This document shows, one piece after another, positions 28,667 through 41,600 of a stretch of DNA of 64,000 bases. Under the pieces are notes generated by a model that was not told the origin of the DNA, did not search any database, and worked only from the letters and a program-made list of their open reading frames with translations. Where the stretch lies: the NCBI GenBank assembly GCA_001643675.2, contig LSRY02000011.1, forward strand, positions 1,612,001-1,676,000, given 5' to 3'. Position numbers and translations under genes: made by a program. The DNA comes from Monocercomonoides exilis PA203. Its lineage: Eukaryota > Protista > Preaxostyla. Within the stretch, counting starts at the first letter, position 1; each line of letters begins with the position of its first letter.

Positions 28667-29195
28667 TTAATGACCGCCTCTTCCTCTTCCTCTTGTTGTT
28701 CTACCTCTTCCTCTTCCTCTTCCCCGTCCCATTTCTAAAAATAAAACAAATTTCAAAAAATTATCACAAAATAAGTAATGAAACAAATTATTTCAATTTC
28801 ATACCGTCTCTTGTTCGAGACTTTTGTGGCATTTCTTCAACAAGCAATGTCTCGATATGTAATGTGTCTGGCAATATAACATATCTAATCGAATTACCAC
28901 GTAATGTTATTGTATCTAATCTAATGGGATCTTGATTTCTCGCTGTAAATTTAACCGATTTCAAATGCATATTCATGCTTTGATCGACCCCTTTTGTAAT
29001 AATGATGATCATAACGCATTAAAAGAATATATTCAAAAATGAAACATTGAATGATGGAAATGGTGGAAATGACATAAAATACAAAAATATCTTTAATAGC
29101 TAACCTGTAATTGTACCCTGAATGACAGCACCATTTTTCAATTCAACAGTTACACTTTCATTGTTGAGTTTTTGGAGAAATCTAACAAGTTTCAT
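28667..29195 (-). CDS. SNRPD1: Small nuclear ribonucleoprotein Sm D1 (3 exons)
   Basis: [41 protein letters not shown]...[13 protein letters not shown] plus RG-repeat tail. Confidence 0.97.
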
Positions 29196-29341
29196 TTTAA
29201 AAACCTATTTAAGGTACAGATCAAAAGTCAAATTTATTTTTTTAAACACTAAAACTAACAATTTTTGAAATAAAAGTATAATATACATATAAATTCAAAA
29301 TGAAATAATAAGATATAATATATTGAAATGAATGATGATGA

Positions 29342-32300
29342 TCATCTTTTTTCGAGGCAAGCCAGTAATTCCCAAGCAGGGTTGCATATACTTTCTGATT
29401 TACTAACTGCAAGAGCACGAACAGTTTCTATTGGAACGGTTCCTTTAAGTGACTGACGTGTTGAGCTGGTGCCTTCTTCGAAGAGGGCGAGAAGGAGAAA
29501 CAAAGAACGTTGAAGAATATCTTCACTTGAGTTTCTGTATCATTTGATTGAAAAATTAATAATTAAAGTTATTTTTTGATTCTTATCAAAAAAATAGAAA
29601 AGATGCAAACTCAAGAAGCAGAGCAGCGATTGGAATGATTCCTGTTTCGATGAGTGCTTTGTGGTTGGCTGAGTCACAAGAGAATTTTTCACATATGAAG
29701 CATAATTAGCATATTTTGAATAAAATGTTTCATAATAATATAAATTAATTAATAAATAAAAATCCCATTCACAAACCATCATAAAGCGCGAGGTGGTGCA
29801 AGACGACGAGGCTGTTCACGACGAGTGGGACAGAGTGTGTGTCTGGGTGGCAGAGGTTGGCAAGAAAGGGGATGATGGCGCTGAAGCGAGAGGGAAGCAT
29901 CGTGGCGCGGTAGAGGAGAGCTAAGGTGAGGGCAGCTCGTTCGCGGATGAAGATGCAGGAGGAAGGGGGAAAGCCGAGGGAGAGGGGGGTGGAGTGGGCA
30001 GAGTGTGGCGAGGTGGATGAAGTGAGGGTGGGGGTGGGGGTGTTGGCGGTGGTGCCGGGGGAGGAGGTGATGGGAGATGAGGCTGATGATGATGGAAGTG
30101 AAGAAGAAGATGATGATGATGATGAAGGTTGCAAAGGAAGAGGAGGAGGAGGGCCAGCAGCAGTATTAGTAGCAGCAGCAGACGTGTGCTGAGGTTGTGA
30201 TGCTTGCAGTTCTGGGTCGCATCTCTCGAAGAGTGCCCACAGCTTGTCAAAACCGCTTGCCTGTCTGATCCTTCGTCGGTATGGATGCAGCGCAAAGGGG
30301 TCGACTCTGTCGTGTCCAGCTGCAACGATGTTGAAGAGAGCAGCAATAGCATCACACACAATGTCGTGGTTGGGATGGTCTAACAAGCGAAGGAGCGTGG
30401 GAAACACCTCCAGCTCAGCCAGGGCGTGCTTCTGGTCGTGTGTGGTGTTGAATGTCAGCTCGTACAGCACAGCCACGTAGATGCGGCGGATTTCAGAGAG
30501 GCGGCGGTTCTTGTGGAGCAGCACGTCGCACACGAACTGCACGACCCCTGCTTCTAAGGCTGGCTGCACAGCAAGCGCCTTGTCGGCGAAGAGGGAGAGG
30601 ATGATGGAGCAGACGAGCTCGGCGGTGTGGGTGTTCAGCTGCGGCGGAGGGGAAGAGGCGAGCGAAATGTCGTTGTTGAGGAGAGAAGGGGCGGGAGAGG
30701 AGACGGCTGGTGAATGAAGAGCAGAGGAGAGGCCGGGTGTGAGGGGAGGGATGATGCCGTCGCTGGTGGCAATGGCAGAGTGAGGTGAGCCAGATGATGA
30801 TGATGAAGATGATGAGGAAGAAGAAGAAGAGGAAGAAGAGGATGATGAAGATGAAGATGAAGATGAATAAGACAAAGCGGGTGTGTGTGGGAAGAGGCGG
30901 AAGAGGGCGGGGAAGATGCCTGCTGAAATGAGCTGGCATCTCACATCGGCTGAGGTGGAAGGCAAGTGAAGTGCAAAAGTGGCGAGGGCGGTTGTCACAA
31001 CTGCCTCGTTTATGTCGCTGGTGTTGTAGTCGAAAATAAAGTGAATGATTTCATTCAGAGTTTGAGATAAGAGAGGAAGTGTCGTTTAGCAGTGGGTGTT
31101 TGAATGGTTATTTTGTATTCATGTATTGTGCAAGTTTTTAATATGTTCAGTTAAAAATAAATAAATAAAATAAAATAATTCATTCAAAGTGAAAAGTTAT
31201 GACAGTGAAGAAAAAATAAACACAAATTCATGAGTAATATTTTTAAAAGGAAATAAAAAGAGAAAAAGAGAAAGATACCTCAAACGTGCAACTGCAACAA
31301 CCGGATCGCCAAAAGGCGATGCAATTGGGGTGAATGTGGAGGAAGGATAGGACGGCACCAGCTCGTCAGGCGCACCAGAGGCACTCAGAAACGGCGAGGC
31401 TGTGGAAGACGACGAAGCACCAGCCAGCCCGCCTGTGGCTGCAGACCCAGGCGCAAGCGGCTCCAAGCCTCTTTGATGCAAGCCGACTGACGGAGACGAG
31501 CTTGTTCTCTGAACAGGTCGCGAGAGCGAAATAACCTTCAGAACATGAGGAATCCCACGACTTATAAATACACCTCGAATTTCAATGATATGATGTGGCT
31601 CAGATTTTCTGCAAAAATCTATCATTTCTGTAGCACCTGCAGGAAGCATAAGTCGAACAGGTTCTTCAATTGGAACGCCATAATTGAGTACAGAAGGAAC
31701 CAGACGCAAAGAAAAACTTGCTCCATATTCTGAATGTGTCGGTAAATCTTTAAAATCAATTATTGATCCCAAAAGCAGAATTGCTCGATTCTTTCAAAAA
31801 TAAAAAAAATGTTTATTGAATATAATAATTTTTTAAATGTTAATTTATGTTCAAACTTTAAAAAGTTTTTCGAAATAAAAATCAGGAAGGGCCAGTCCCA
31901 GTTTTGAAAAGAGATTAGATACTGCATGATATGTAAGAGTGTAATCTGGTTGATATTTATCATTAAGAGGTAAAAGTTGAAAGCAAATATCAGTTCCTAA
32001 AATAAAAAAATATTTTATCATGGAAACAAGAAATATTTTAAATAGGCATGAAATTTTAAAATCGTGCCTTCAACTGTTAATCGTGCTCTATATTTTGTTT
32101 TTTGTCCAATTTTAAGGCTTGTTCCATAACTTTGTATGATTTCTTTTGTTGTTGAAAGCTTGATGTCAGAGTCAAAATCAGGGGAATAAAGAGAAGCCAT
32201 ATGCACTGTAACAAATGTGTCTGTAATTTCTTTAATTGTCCCCTTCCAGTCAACAATTTTTCCGTCAATAAGTCGAGCGTTTTGCTCAAGTTTCCGTTTG

Positions 32301-32422
32301 GAAAGAGATACAGAACAATGTGCAAGATAATCTGCCCACGTAAATAATATTGTACTGTTATAATTTCCTTGGGAAGGAGCCGCTGGAGCCGGTCCCTGTG
32401 GCTCAAGAGACCAAGAAATCAT
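29342..32422 (-). CDS. Protein with tandem OB-fold-like N-terminal domains and C-terminal ARM/HEAT repeats (start uncertain)
   Basis: FTWADYLAHC...DGKIVDWKGTIKEI and LTYHAVSNLF...KNRAILLLGSIIDF modules. ARM-like segments LISAGIFPALFRL, EAGVVQFVCDVL, EVFPTLLRLLDHPNHDIVCDAIAALFNI. Last exon ends ...ELLACLEKR*. Confidence 0.65.
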
Positions 32423-33503
32423 AACGTGGGAATATTTGATCAGTGATGTGTATTCTTTTTTTCATTCTTTTCTCTATATTTTCAGTTCTTAACAAATCGC
32501 TGTTTTTATCAAGTCATCATGTCTAGAAAAAGTTTAATTGTTTTAAAAAGTTTTCTTATATATCTGAATGTGCTTGGATTATTTGATAATCAATAACAAA
32601 TTTCAAAATATAAATTTTCATCACGAGCATTAAGATAGATTCGAGGATGATTTTTATTTGATTGAAAATGAAAAACTATTTTTCAAATTTGAAATTTTCA
32701 TATTTGACAATTTAAAAATTATTATGATAATAATTTGAAATCTTTTTCAAAATTTCATTTATGAAATTTTTAATTTTCCACAATCTGCCACTTTCAGAAA
32801 ACAAAATTTTTTACAAAAAAAGAGCAAATTGGTGAATATTTTAGAATATCATGTATTTTCATTTTAATGAATTGCTTTGTGCATGGACTTTTTGACAGAA
32901 AAATTTGCTTTTTAAGGGAGACTTTTTTTTTTCATTGAATAAATTCTACGTCACAATCTGTCTTGTTGTTGATCGAATAATGCCCACAAACACATAAATA
33001 TTATTGATAAAAATACATCTGTGACATGATAAGTTATAAAATCATTTGTCTGTCACAAAAAAAAAAAAAGAAAAAAGAAAAGAAAATTAACAAAATTAAT
33101 TTTTATTGAAACAAAATAAAAAGTATGAAAGCTAAAACTTCTAAATATTTAAAAAAACACTTTGAATAAGATTTGAGAATATTATGTGAAATTTTAATCA
33201 TTTTCCCTTTTATCAGTGACGGCCAATGACAATTTGTGACAAAATAATGCCACAACTGACATTTACTGTCAAAAAAAAAAAAAAAATACTTGATTATCTT
33301 TATTAAAAAAAATGGCTGACACTTTTTGAAATCAAACTATCGTTCGAGTTTTGATCAATAGTTTTATCTCAATGGGATTAGTGTCTAAATTTGTTTCTGC
33401 AATAACAACATCATGAACAAAAAGTGTTCACTATTTCAACGCATTTTCTTCAAAATCCCATTGAGAACAATATTTCGATAAAATATCGAACGAAAGTTTG
33501 ATG

Positions 33504-35035
33504 GTTGGTAGATAACCCGGGTAACTTATCATTCATCGAAAACATTTATTAAAATAAGATATAATGAAATGTTCTGTGTGAATGAATGAAAAAACTTAAT
33601 CGAAAGTGAAAATTCAGCACTTCGAGTAATCAATAAAGTGGGTTTTGTTGATGGAAGCTTCGCAACATTCAACAGGAGATGTTTCACTGAGGCTTTTCAG
33701 GACAATTTCAGGATTTAAGGGCCAAATGCCAGAAACTCTGAAAGATGCTTCAATGGTAGATGGCTTTAATGCTTCTGATAATGCTTCTTTGAGTTTTTTG
33801 ATGAAGTTGGATCTGTTTGATACTGCATTGCTTCGCACAAAGTCTGTTTCAGTAGTGTAAATAATTATCTTTATGTTTGCATTGACATATTTATCTAATA
33901 GCTGGACGATGTGAGAGGTGTGCGAAGGAGGAAACACAATATCGATCCTATTTTCCTTTGCCAGTTCCAAAACATCTTTGTTCGTGTGTGTTGTTGCACC
34001 ATCCATATGCAGGCATGCATGAAAGTTAGATAATCCCATTAGTTTTCTTCTTCTATCAATTGAATCAACAACAACAAATTTGAATAGGTTAAAAAATAAA
34101 GAAGAATCCATTCCTTTCTTTGTGGTGGAAGTGAAAACAAAGTTGTCGGAGTTGGCCTGTGCATATTCCTGAGGAAGAAATGTAGAATGGCTGATCACAG
34201 AAGTCTTGCAATGTTCTCCGTCTGCAGAAATAAGAAATAGCAAAGAAATTGATGGAGGAAGAGGTGCTTCTTGAGAAATTGGGCTGGGACAATCCGGCAG
34301 AGTAACTATCTTCGTTGATTCAGTTGTGACTCTTTTGATGTGAGTTTCATCCAGATTAAATATTTATTGTGGAATACAATTCTTCTTCTTATTTTATTCT
34401 TCCAAATCTTCAAAAAAATGACGCAAAATGAGCCTTGTTGAGTGTTCGATTCAATTTATTGGAAGTTTTGCAGGCTTTTTAAATGAAGATCCTTTTATTT
34501 TGGAAATAAAAGAAAAACCCCATTTTTTATTCACAGCCTTTTTATTAACGCTTTCGTTCTTTTTTGAAGAAGAAATGAAACAAGCCTATTTATAATAAAA
34601 AACTTATTAAATAATTGAAATAATAACATTCAAACTGCATTTGTGCATTGGTTTGCAGTTGTTCTTTTAAGATGGTGTAAATCATTTTTTATTTGCATTG
34701 ATATTCCATCGCGATACTTTTTTCTGATTTTCCAGGGTCTTCCGTTTATTCCGACGTCTCAATGTTCAATTTTCGCCTTAACAGCTCTGTAGTGTGCACT
34801 CTTCGAAATCAATCCTGCCTTGAACACATCTGATGATCTGAAACCTTCTTTTTGGATTATTTTTAGGATTCTTAACTGCCTTGTCGAATTCTTTCTATAT
34901 TCAGACGAAGAAAGAAAAAATATAAATCTGCGAAGGTGAAATTTCTCTCGTTGTTTTTTCATAACAACACACAAAGTGGGTGATCTTTAAGAAAATTTCC
35001 CGGGTTGTCTGCTTTTTCCCGGATTATCAACCAAC
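33504..35035 (-). mobile_element. pogo/Fot1-like (DDE_1, DD35D) DNA transposon, transposase inactivated, 21-bp TIRs
   Basis: FNLDET (~34340-34360), then MDGATTH...PPSHTSHIVQLLD with 35 residues between the last two Asp. Stops and frameshifts present. TIR gttggtagataacccgggtaa (33504-33524) vs reverse complement of 35015-35035 is 18/21 identical. TA follows the right TIR. Confidence 0.9.
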
Positions 35036-35665
35036 TAGATTTCAAAAAGGATCAGCCAAATGATTTTTTCAAAATAATTAGTATAGAAATTTATATATTT
35101 TCAAATTAATTATCACAATAATGAAGAGTGAAAAATTATTATCAGTAGCCATTTTTGGCAAATCAAATATATCTTGTCAGTCATTTTGTCATAGTTTCAA
35201 TTTTCTTTTGTTATGCCACAGAGGTGTACTAGACCTATCATTAAAATAACCTTTGACAGTTTATATTTTCATATATTACTTTCTCAACTTACTATTTCAG
35301 CTTTTGTTGAGACTTTTCGTTCAATAATTAAGAAAAAAAAATGAATTATTAGTGCATTTTTGCTCATTTTCATAATTGCTTTGAACAAACACGAAAACAA
35401 TAATTTCATTATTTCATAAATTATTACGATTCAATTTTTAATGGTTAGTTGGAAGTTGCCAAAAAATAAAATCCAGAAAAAAAAGTTAGCTTTTTAAGAT
35501 TATTGTTGAAATGGAAAAGCTCAACCCACAAAAATGAAGTGTCTTCTCTTTCCTCTGTGAGGAAACAAAAATCAAGAACACAGACTAACACATAACCCTC
35601 CAACACCTTGATTTCTTCATTCATTATCGTTTTCTTCCAAACATTCACTTTTTTCTTTTCTTTTT

Positions 35666-38600
35666 TCATTTTCTCTCTGTTATTTCACTCCCACCCACAC
35701 TCTCATTCCCACTTCCACATCTGCCGCTGTCTTCTAATCCGATTGCATCCGAAACAGTGAAAGTCGCCATGCTTGCCGGACAGTATCGGATGAATTCTCG
35801 CTTCAGGTCTCTCAGCCGTGGGCGGTTTTCTGCATCAAACTGCAGCATGCTGCACACTGCATCTCGCAGCTGGCTGTTCTCAACAACTCCCATGTTCGGC
35901 AATCCTCTTTCTTTGATCATCCACCCAGCCATCTCTGCCTCATACTCCCCAAACGGCACCTTCAGCGTCAGACACTCCCACAGCATCATCCCAATCGAAA
36001 ACACAGTTGTTTTCTTTGTTGCTCCCATTTTATTATTCATCAACAATTCAGGTGCCTTCCATCGCATGCACTCCTTCCTGTTGTCATCTTCATCCTCAAA
36101 CGCTGAAGAGGGCAGAGAGTCTCTATCATCATCGCTGGCAGATGTCGCAACAGTTGATGATGAGATGGATGATGAGTCTGAATCTGAGTCTGACGAGCAG
36201 TCTGAGTGCATCGCTATTGTGATCACCATGTGCTCAGAGAACAGAACAATGTGCGGACTCAGATTCGCAAGAGAAGAAAGAGGGTTTTCCATTTCGTCAA
36301 ATGAGTGGAGTGCACCGTTCGCCACCCAGAACAGGATCTGTGCTCCGGTCAGCTCCCTCTCCTGAAGAGTGCCAATCGCCATCTCCTTCTTCTCGTTCCT
36401 CCCATGCAGCAGCATGAACAGCGAATCCCTCAAGTCCACAATCAACTTCTCGTGAGGAACTGAGCATGCCATTGCATCCACCAGATTCGACATCGACGAG
36501 GTGGTTGGACATAGATCCTCCCCTCTAACAAATGTTGAATCTGAATCAGTTGTTGATGTGGATGAAGTGGAAGAGATGGATGGTGAAGGTGATCTCTTTC
36601 TTGTTTCATCTTCTTCCTCTTTGTCATCCACTTTCTCCAACATCCACTCCGGGATCTTGTCTGAATCTCTCCCAAGGATGTATTCAGTTGAGTCACTCTC
36701 AGATAGAAGATGCTCTGATGACTCCGAATGTTCCATATTCCTCTCATATATTCTCTTCTTAATCCTCTCATCATTCTTCTTCTCTGCTTCCCTCTCTGCT
36801 CTCCTCCATCTCTCTTCAGGTGACATTTCCATCGTCATCATCTCAATCAGCTTTGGATCCTTTTTCACCGTATCCTCCACAATGATCTCCAATTCTTCTG
36901 TTCTTCTCTTTTGTTTTCTCCATCTTATTGTAACAATAATTGAAATAATCAGAACAATCAAAAGAATGACAACAAGTACAATCACAATAATTGGCCATAT
37001 CGATCTTTCTTTCTTTTCTCCTTTAACAACTCTTTCATTTCCACTTGTTTGTGCTTCGCTTTTGTTCTTCAGAACGAATGATTCTGTTGATGAAGCAGAA
37101 TCAACTTTACCAAAAAGGATGCACATGCTCACTTCTGTCTCTTCTCTCACTTTCTCCAATTCTGAAGATGAAATAATTGAATGAATTTCATTCTCTGAAG
37201 CATAACAATCTTCATCAATTCCCTTTCTCACTATTTCCTCTTCATCTCCATTTTTCATGCAAATCTTCACAGACAAATCACATGGCAGAAGCAGCTTCCC
37301 ATGAATGATCAACTCCAATTCACCTGATGGCTGGGTTGCATTCTTCACATCCTCCAGAACAGGAATAAAGAATGGTGATGCTCTTTCAGCTGCTATCCCT
37401 CCCAATTTGCATCCTTCATCCAATATCCAAAGTGATGCGTTTTTCTCTATTCCATCTCCCCCTTTCACACTCACAACATTCAATTCGCCATTCTCTGTGC
37501 AGATCGCATTCCTTCGAGCTGATGGATATCCCTCAATGAATGGATTATTGTTCTCGAATTCTCCCTTTTCAATCGTCAAACAACCTCCACTCACCCACAA
37601 TCCACCTGCTTTGCTATTTCTGATTATTGTTTCCCTCATCTCCACATTGCTGTTTTCAGCATCAATCAATGATCCATTCCATCCACAGATCTCTTTCCTG
37701 TTCATTTTCACATTTGTTTTTTCTCTCCCTTCGCCATTCCCTTCTCCATCAAATGCACATGCCTCAATCCTCACTGCTCTGCCTTCTCTTATCTGAATCA
37801 TGTTTCCTTTCTCCTTCGAATTTGTGAATTTGCTAAATGAGCAGTTCACTGTTCTCACATCCTCTTCTGCTCCTTCAACCTTCATTGCACTTCCTCCTTT
37901 CATCAACGAAATATTATTGGCTTTCATTTCTTTCATCTCCACCTCTGCCTTTCCTCCCACAACAATTGAATCTCCTTCACATTTTATATTTGAAATGCTT
38001 ATTTCAAACATCTCAACTTTTCCTTCACTGCAAAATGACAGAAGTGGCACAACCGAATGAATTCCACTGAACGATGATTCACTCATCTTCAGCTCTCCAC
38101 TCTCCACGCTCACAATCGTGTTCTTTATCGCTTGCTCATTCCTTATTGAACTGAACCAGCACACTGAAATCTCCAATCTCCCATTCTTCTCTTTCAGAAC
38201 GTTCTCATGATTCCCTTCAAATGTCTCCCCAAACACAAATCTGCATTTCTCAACAATGCACTCATTCACAAACACAGCCACACTCCTTTCATTCACAATT
38301 TCTTCAATTTTTTCTTTAAAATAAATTGTTGCCGAAGCTTTCATCATTGAAGTTATTCTCATATCTCCAATCTGACACTCACCACCAATCACGCATTCTC
38401 CATCGATCCACAACACATTCATAAGATTCTTTTCGATGTGCTTCACACTGCAGCTGACGCTCTGGCATGGATTGCTCTGCGCTCCGCACTGTCTGCTGTC
38501 ATTTCCATTCACGCTCAAAAACACCTGGGCAGAGTAATAAAATGTGATCAGCGGAATTAGATCAACATCAACTTTATCGACATCATCCCTCCCACATATT

Positions 38601-41600
38601 GAGTTGTTCGACTTCAAAGCATCTTGGCTGAAGTCCAGCACAAACAGTGTTTCATTCACCTGTTCTGTAATCGAAAAACAATTTATGAACACATCCTTTC
38701 CCACAAAAGCATCATTCATCACAAATCGGATGTTCTCCACCTTCAATCCAAGTGGTGGTACAGTTGCGGGATTTGCTTCAACATTCGGGTCAAGTGAATC
38801 AATCATCATGCCTCCACCTCTTCCAAATCCTGTTGAGCACTCACACATCACAAACGAGCATCCACTCACTTTCAGATCTGATTCTCCACTCTTTAGACAC
38901 ATCTTCACTCCTCCACCTTCCTCACTCCTCATGCTCGTGCACTTCGTTAGCACACACCCTTCCATAACACATTTAACACCAATAGAGAACGAGTCCACAC
39001 ACACAACACACACTCTATTCTCCTCACTTGTGATGTTTGTGAATGAAGAGTAATTCATCCTTATCATTGTCTTTGTATTTCTTATTCCTCTTTCACTCAA
39101 CCTGTTTGATTGTGTTTCCTCTTCCAGAGAAATCAAACTTCTTCCAGAAATGGATGTATCAGTTATTGTGACATTCACCATATCAATCGCTTCCACTTCT
39201 GGCATAAACTCCAAAAACCCTTTTACCAGAGTGAATTGACTAAGTGAACAATCCTCAATCGTGATGAATCCCCTACACGCCTTCAAAATACAATATTTCG
39301 TCTTTTTCTCTTTATCTTCACAAGCAAACGAACAGCTCATAATTGATAGAGTTGCTGAGGAGGATGGTGATGACTCTGAGTGAATGAGTGATGAATGCTT
39401 CCCCAATTCACTCGGCAAATTTAATGATAAGTTAACGAATGAAAGATGAACATCTGATGCTATCATTGACTCTTCATCTCCTTCCGCATCCATTTCACTC
39501 ACTCTCAAAATACTTCCTTTCTCTTCTCCTTCAATCTTCACAACTGGTGTGTTTGATGATGATGATGATGATGAAGAAAATGACATTGAATTTCGAAGCA
39601 ATCCTGAACCAAAAATAATGATCTTTGATTCTTCTGTTTCAAGTGTTGAGAATCTCAATGAAACAAGATGATCAATTGATGAACATGGAGCAACTGAATA
39701 CCCACACCCGCTGAAGTCCCCTCCTTTCTCAACTGAAACAAACCCATCCCCACTCCAATTATCCCACAAATACACAACAAGTGGAATCACATATCCCTCT
39801 CCTGTTGTCTTCCTCTCCCATCCACACAACTCATCCAATGATCCCAACTCCTCTGAACTCATCTCCCATTTGAAGTTCTCTTTATTCACAATCTCGATCA
39901 GATCCCAACCTGAAACAAACACATTCTTTCCTTTCCAGGCATTGCATCCTTCAAATTCCATTCCTTCTATCACAAATGATCCAATTTCTTCTGGAAATCT
40001 CACAAACATCCCTCCTCCCATTCCTTTTCCTCCTTCCTCAACATCCTCTCTTGGCACTTTACATCCTGACAATTTCACATTTTTCATTTCCATACTCCCT
40101 CCATTCCCCACTGATATCATAATTCCTCCTCCTTTTATCCCATTTCCACCTGAACACACTGATGACAAATTGCATTCTTCAATTTTTGTACTTCCTCCTT
40201 CTTTAATCTCAACATTCAAGCATCCTCCTCCATTCCCACATGTCACTTCCACTTCACTAACTCTGCTGTTCAATATCTCCAATTTCACTCCATTTGTCAT
40301 CGTTATTGGTGATTTTCCATTCATTGTCACTGGTCCTTCCATCACAAATCCATCAACAATCAGATTCCCTCCTGCCATGTCAATGATGCTGTATCCTATC
40401 TTTCCATCGGTCAATGCCCCACTTTCAAATGAGATTGAACAGCTGGTGATTGTGATTGTTGATGATGAGGAGTGAATAAATGAACTTCTCCTTCCATTCA
40501 TATCTTCATTCAACACAAATAACAAATTACTCATTTCAAGTGATTTAATACATTCAATAAGACTGTTTTGATTCATTGATCCTTCATCACTCACATCCAC
40601 TCTCATCCCCTCTTTTTCCACTGTTTTTATTTTTCCTGATAGACTCACATCACGCGAAGCCACTTTCATTTCATTCTTTAATGAAGACACAGAAGCAACT
40701 TCGATTTCATGAATGTTGATGTTCGCTCTCTGACTCACGCAATAGTCAATCGTCAGACACCCAAACTTCTCGAATCCACATCGGCTGTGATCCAGTGACC
40801 ATTCTCCACTTCCATCAACAATCAGCTTTGATCCCATTGAACACAAATACACAAACAGTGGAATCACTTCGTCTTCTTTCCCATCCTCGCTTCCACTCAG
40901 CCTCAACACATCTGAAGGAGTGGTTGTTGAGTCAAAAAATTCAAATGTGTTTGTATTCACTTTTGACTCAAGCAATATCCCTGAACTGCATGATACAAAC
41001 ACATCCTTCCCATATGATGCCACATTCTCCTTCACTTTCGAAAACTCAACATTCTGCCCAATTGTCAATAAGCATTCCTCGCTTTCCATCTCCACAAATA
41101 ATCCTCCTCCTCTCCCTTCTTTTCCTTCAACATTCACAGCCTCACATCCATCAATCACACATGCTCCATTCACCACAACTTCCCCATCACCAGCTAAACA
41201 AACGCAAATTCCTCCTCCACATCCATTGCTTGAAAAACAGTTAGAAAGACAACCGCCATTAATATCTAACCTATTGTCTTGACCCAAATGTCCTTCAATA
41301 ACACTTCCGTTCCCGACATGTCTTGTTATTTGCGTGAATTCAACATTTTGGAAAGAAATTTGAAAGGTTGCACCTCCAATAAGACTTATCACTGCACACG
41401 ATTGTTGAGTTATTGATGTTATCAACACAGACAAAAATGTTACGTTTCCAGTTCTAATCGACATTATTGGACTAGAGAATGGACACTCAACAATGTTATT
41501 TGATGAAGTAATTTTGCAAGATTGCAGTTGCAATATTCCATTTTCTTCACTAATTGAAAATAATTGTCCAGAATTTGAAGCATTTGCATTTCGTTTCCAA

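Noticed and set aside
33210-35200. Possible older inverted repeat outside the pogo TIRs (gacaaaat...ctgaca...aaaaatggct)
   Set aside because: Only short scattered matches in AT-rich DNA; cannot be supported by eye.
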